Position numbers and translations under genes: made by a program. The notes under the pieces were generated by a model. The model was not told where the DNA came from. It did not search any database and saw only the letters and a program-made list of their open reading frames with translations. From assembly GCF_036321535.1 (NCBI RefSeq), contig NC_087437.1, positions 65,164,001 to 65,228,000 on the forward strand: a DNA stretch of 64,000 nt. Reading direction: 5' to 3'. The stretch's first letter is position 1. Each line of letters begins with the position of its first letter. Positions 63,025 to 64,000 of the stretch are shown here, one piece after another. The DNA is from Camelus dromedarius. Taxonomy: Eukaryota.

Positions 63025-64000
63025 CTTTCTGTGAACTCTCCAGGAGGTTCCTCCATGGGAATACCTCTTTTTCTTCCACTGCAGGAGGACCATCCCTCTC
63101 TCTTGTAACAAAGTGGCACAGATATTCCTCATCAGCACAGACACCTGGGAGAGCTGGGACAGACTGATGCTGTCCAAGAACCCAGCAATGTACTGCAAAA
63201 TCTCCAGGGGCAGGCTGGTTAGAGAATTCTGGCTTTTTCCTTCGCGGCCTGAGAGACGGTTATTCTTTCTTCTCTCACTCAGCTCTGAAGCAACGTCCGG
63301 CTTGATGGCAAAGGTCTTGAGCTCCTGACTATAGATCACTTTTGCCTTTTGCCCTGGGGGACGGAAATGGTTTTGAATAAAGGTACATCCCAAGTAGGCA
63401 AGGGGGCATCGATGCTGGAACCAGCCATTGAGACATGACTGAATGTCTGTGTGAACATTCTTGAAGTGTAGGGGGAATTCATCCCTCCTGAAGAATTTGT
63501 TGCAAATGAAAGTGAAGGCAGAGCTGCTCTTGTTGTGTCTCCTGGTCACACACTCACTGTGGAGCTCCACGTGGAGACCGTTCAGGTTGGCAGTGGTCAG
63601 GAGGTCAGCCAGCACTGTGCCAGAGGAAAACTGTTCTGGCTCAAAACTGTATGTCTGTGTAGCAAAATCCATGAACAGTCCATCAATGCTTCTGGATTCA
63701 GAGATGACATGGCCTTTGAGTTCTCTTTCCAAAGCACACAGGAGGGTGGTCTTGATGAGATCTGATTTGGGCAGGTCCTCCACAGTGATCCCTAAATCAG
63801 AAGTATCTACGGCCTTGTGTTCACTTGGCCTACAACTCAGCATGGCATCTCCGAGGCGAGCCCGCTTCCCACAGTAACTCCAAGGAACCCTGAAGGTATA
63901 AACAGTCTTCACTTCCTGAGCCTCAAGTTTGCCATAAACAAAGTCTCTCTCTTTAGGTGTACAAGCAGGCATCTGACCAAAGTGAATAAGCATCCTCCCA
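63025..64000 (-). CDS. FBXO40: F-box only protein 40, large coding exon (partial; continues beyond the window) with the F-box motif
   Basis: 326-aa ORF with FRRDEFPLHFKNVHTDIQ, HRCPLAYLGC and the F-box LTSLPLEILQYIAGFLDSISLSQLSQVS; donor AAG|gcaagt. Confidence 0.95.

Noticed and set aside
63113..63877. Plus-strand ORFs antisense to FBXO40
   Set aside because: Shadow frames of the FBXO40 coding exon.
1..64000. A novel multi-gene system, CRISPR array or prokaryotic-type element
   Set aside because: All coding sequence is explained by three known syntenic mammalian genes. The remainder is intron, UTR and common transposon debris, and no repeat-spacer structure is present.

Overview
Mammalian genomic DNA, probably from a camelid, judged by two tRNA-derived vic-1-like SINEs. 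The gene order GOLGB1(+), HCLS1(+), FBXO40(-) matches human 3q13.33. The window holds the last 10 coding exons of GOLGB1/giantin (502-28080), including a 5.2-kb coiled-coil exon and the C-terminal membrane anchor. It also holds the complete HCLS1/HS1 gene (non-coding exon 1 near 31.8-31.9 kb; 13 coding exons at 35375-55638 giving 487 aa) and the last two coding exons plus 3' UTR of FBXO40 on the minus strand. I placed all exon junctions by hand and their phases join without frameshift. I found no new multi-gene biological system. The notable signals are small: a 17-nt tandem duplication of an HCLS1 splice donor, GC-AG introns in both HCLS1 and FBXO40, a TSD-flanked tailless U1 snRNA retrocopy, a chimeric L1/unique-sequence retro-insertion with a nested SINE, two tandem L1 ends truncated at the same base, and candidate alternative or cryptic GOLGB1 splice sites. 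Repeat family names come from pattern recall, not from a RepeatMasker run.
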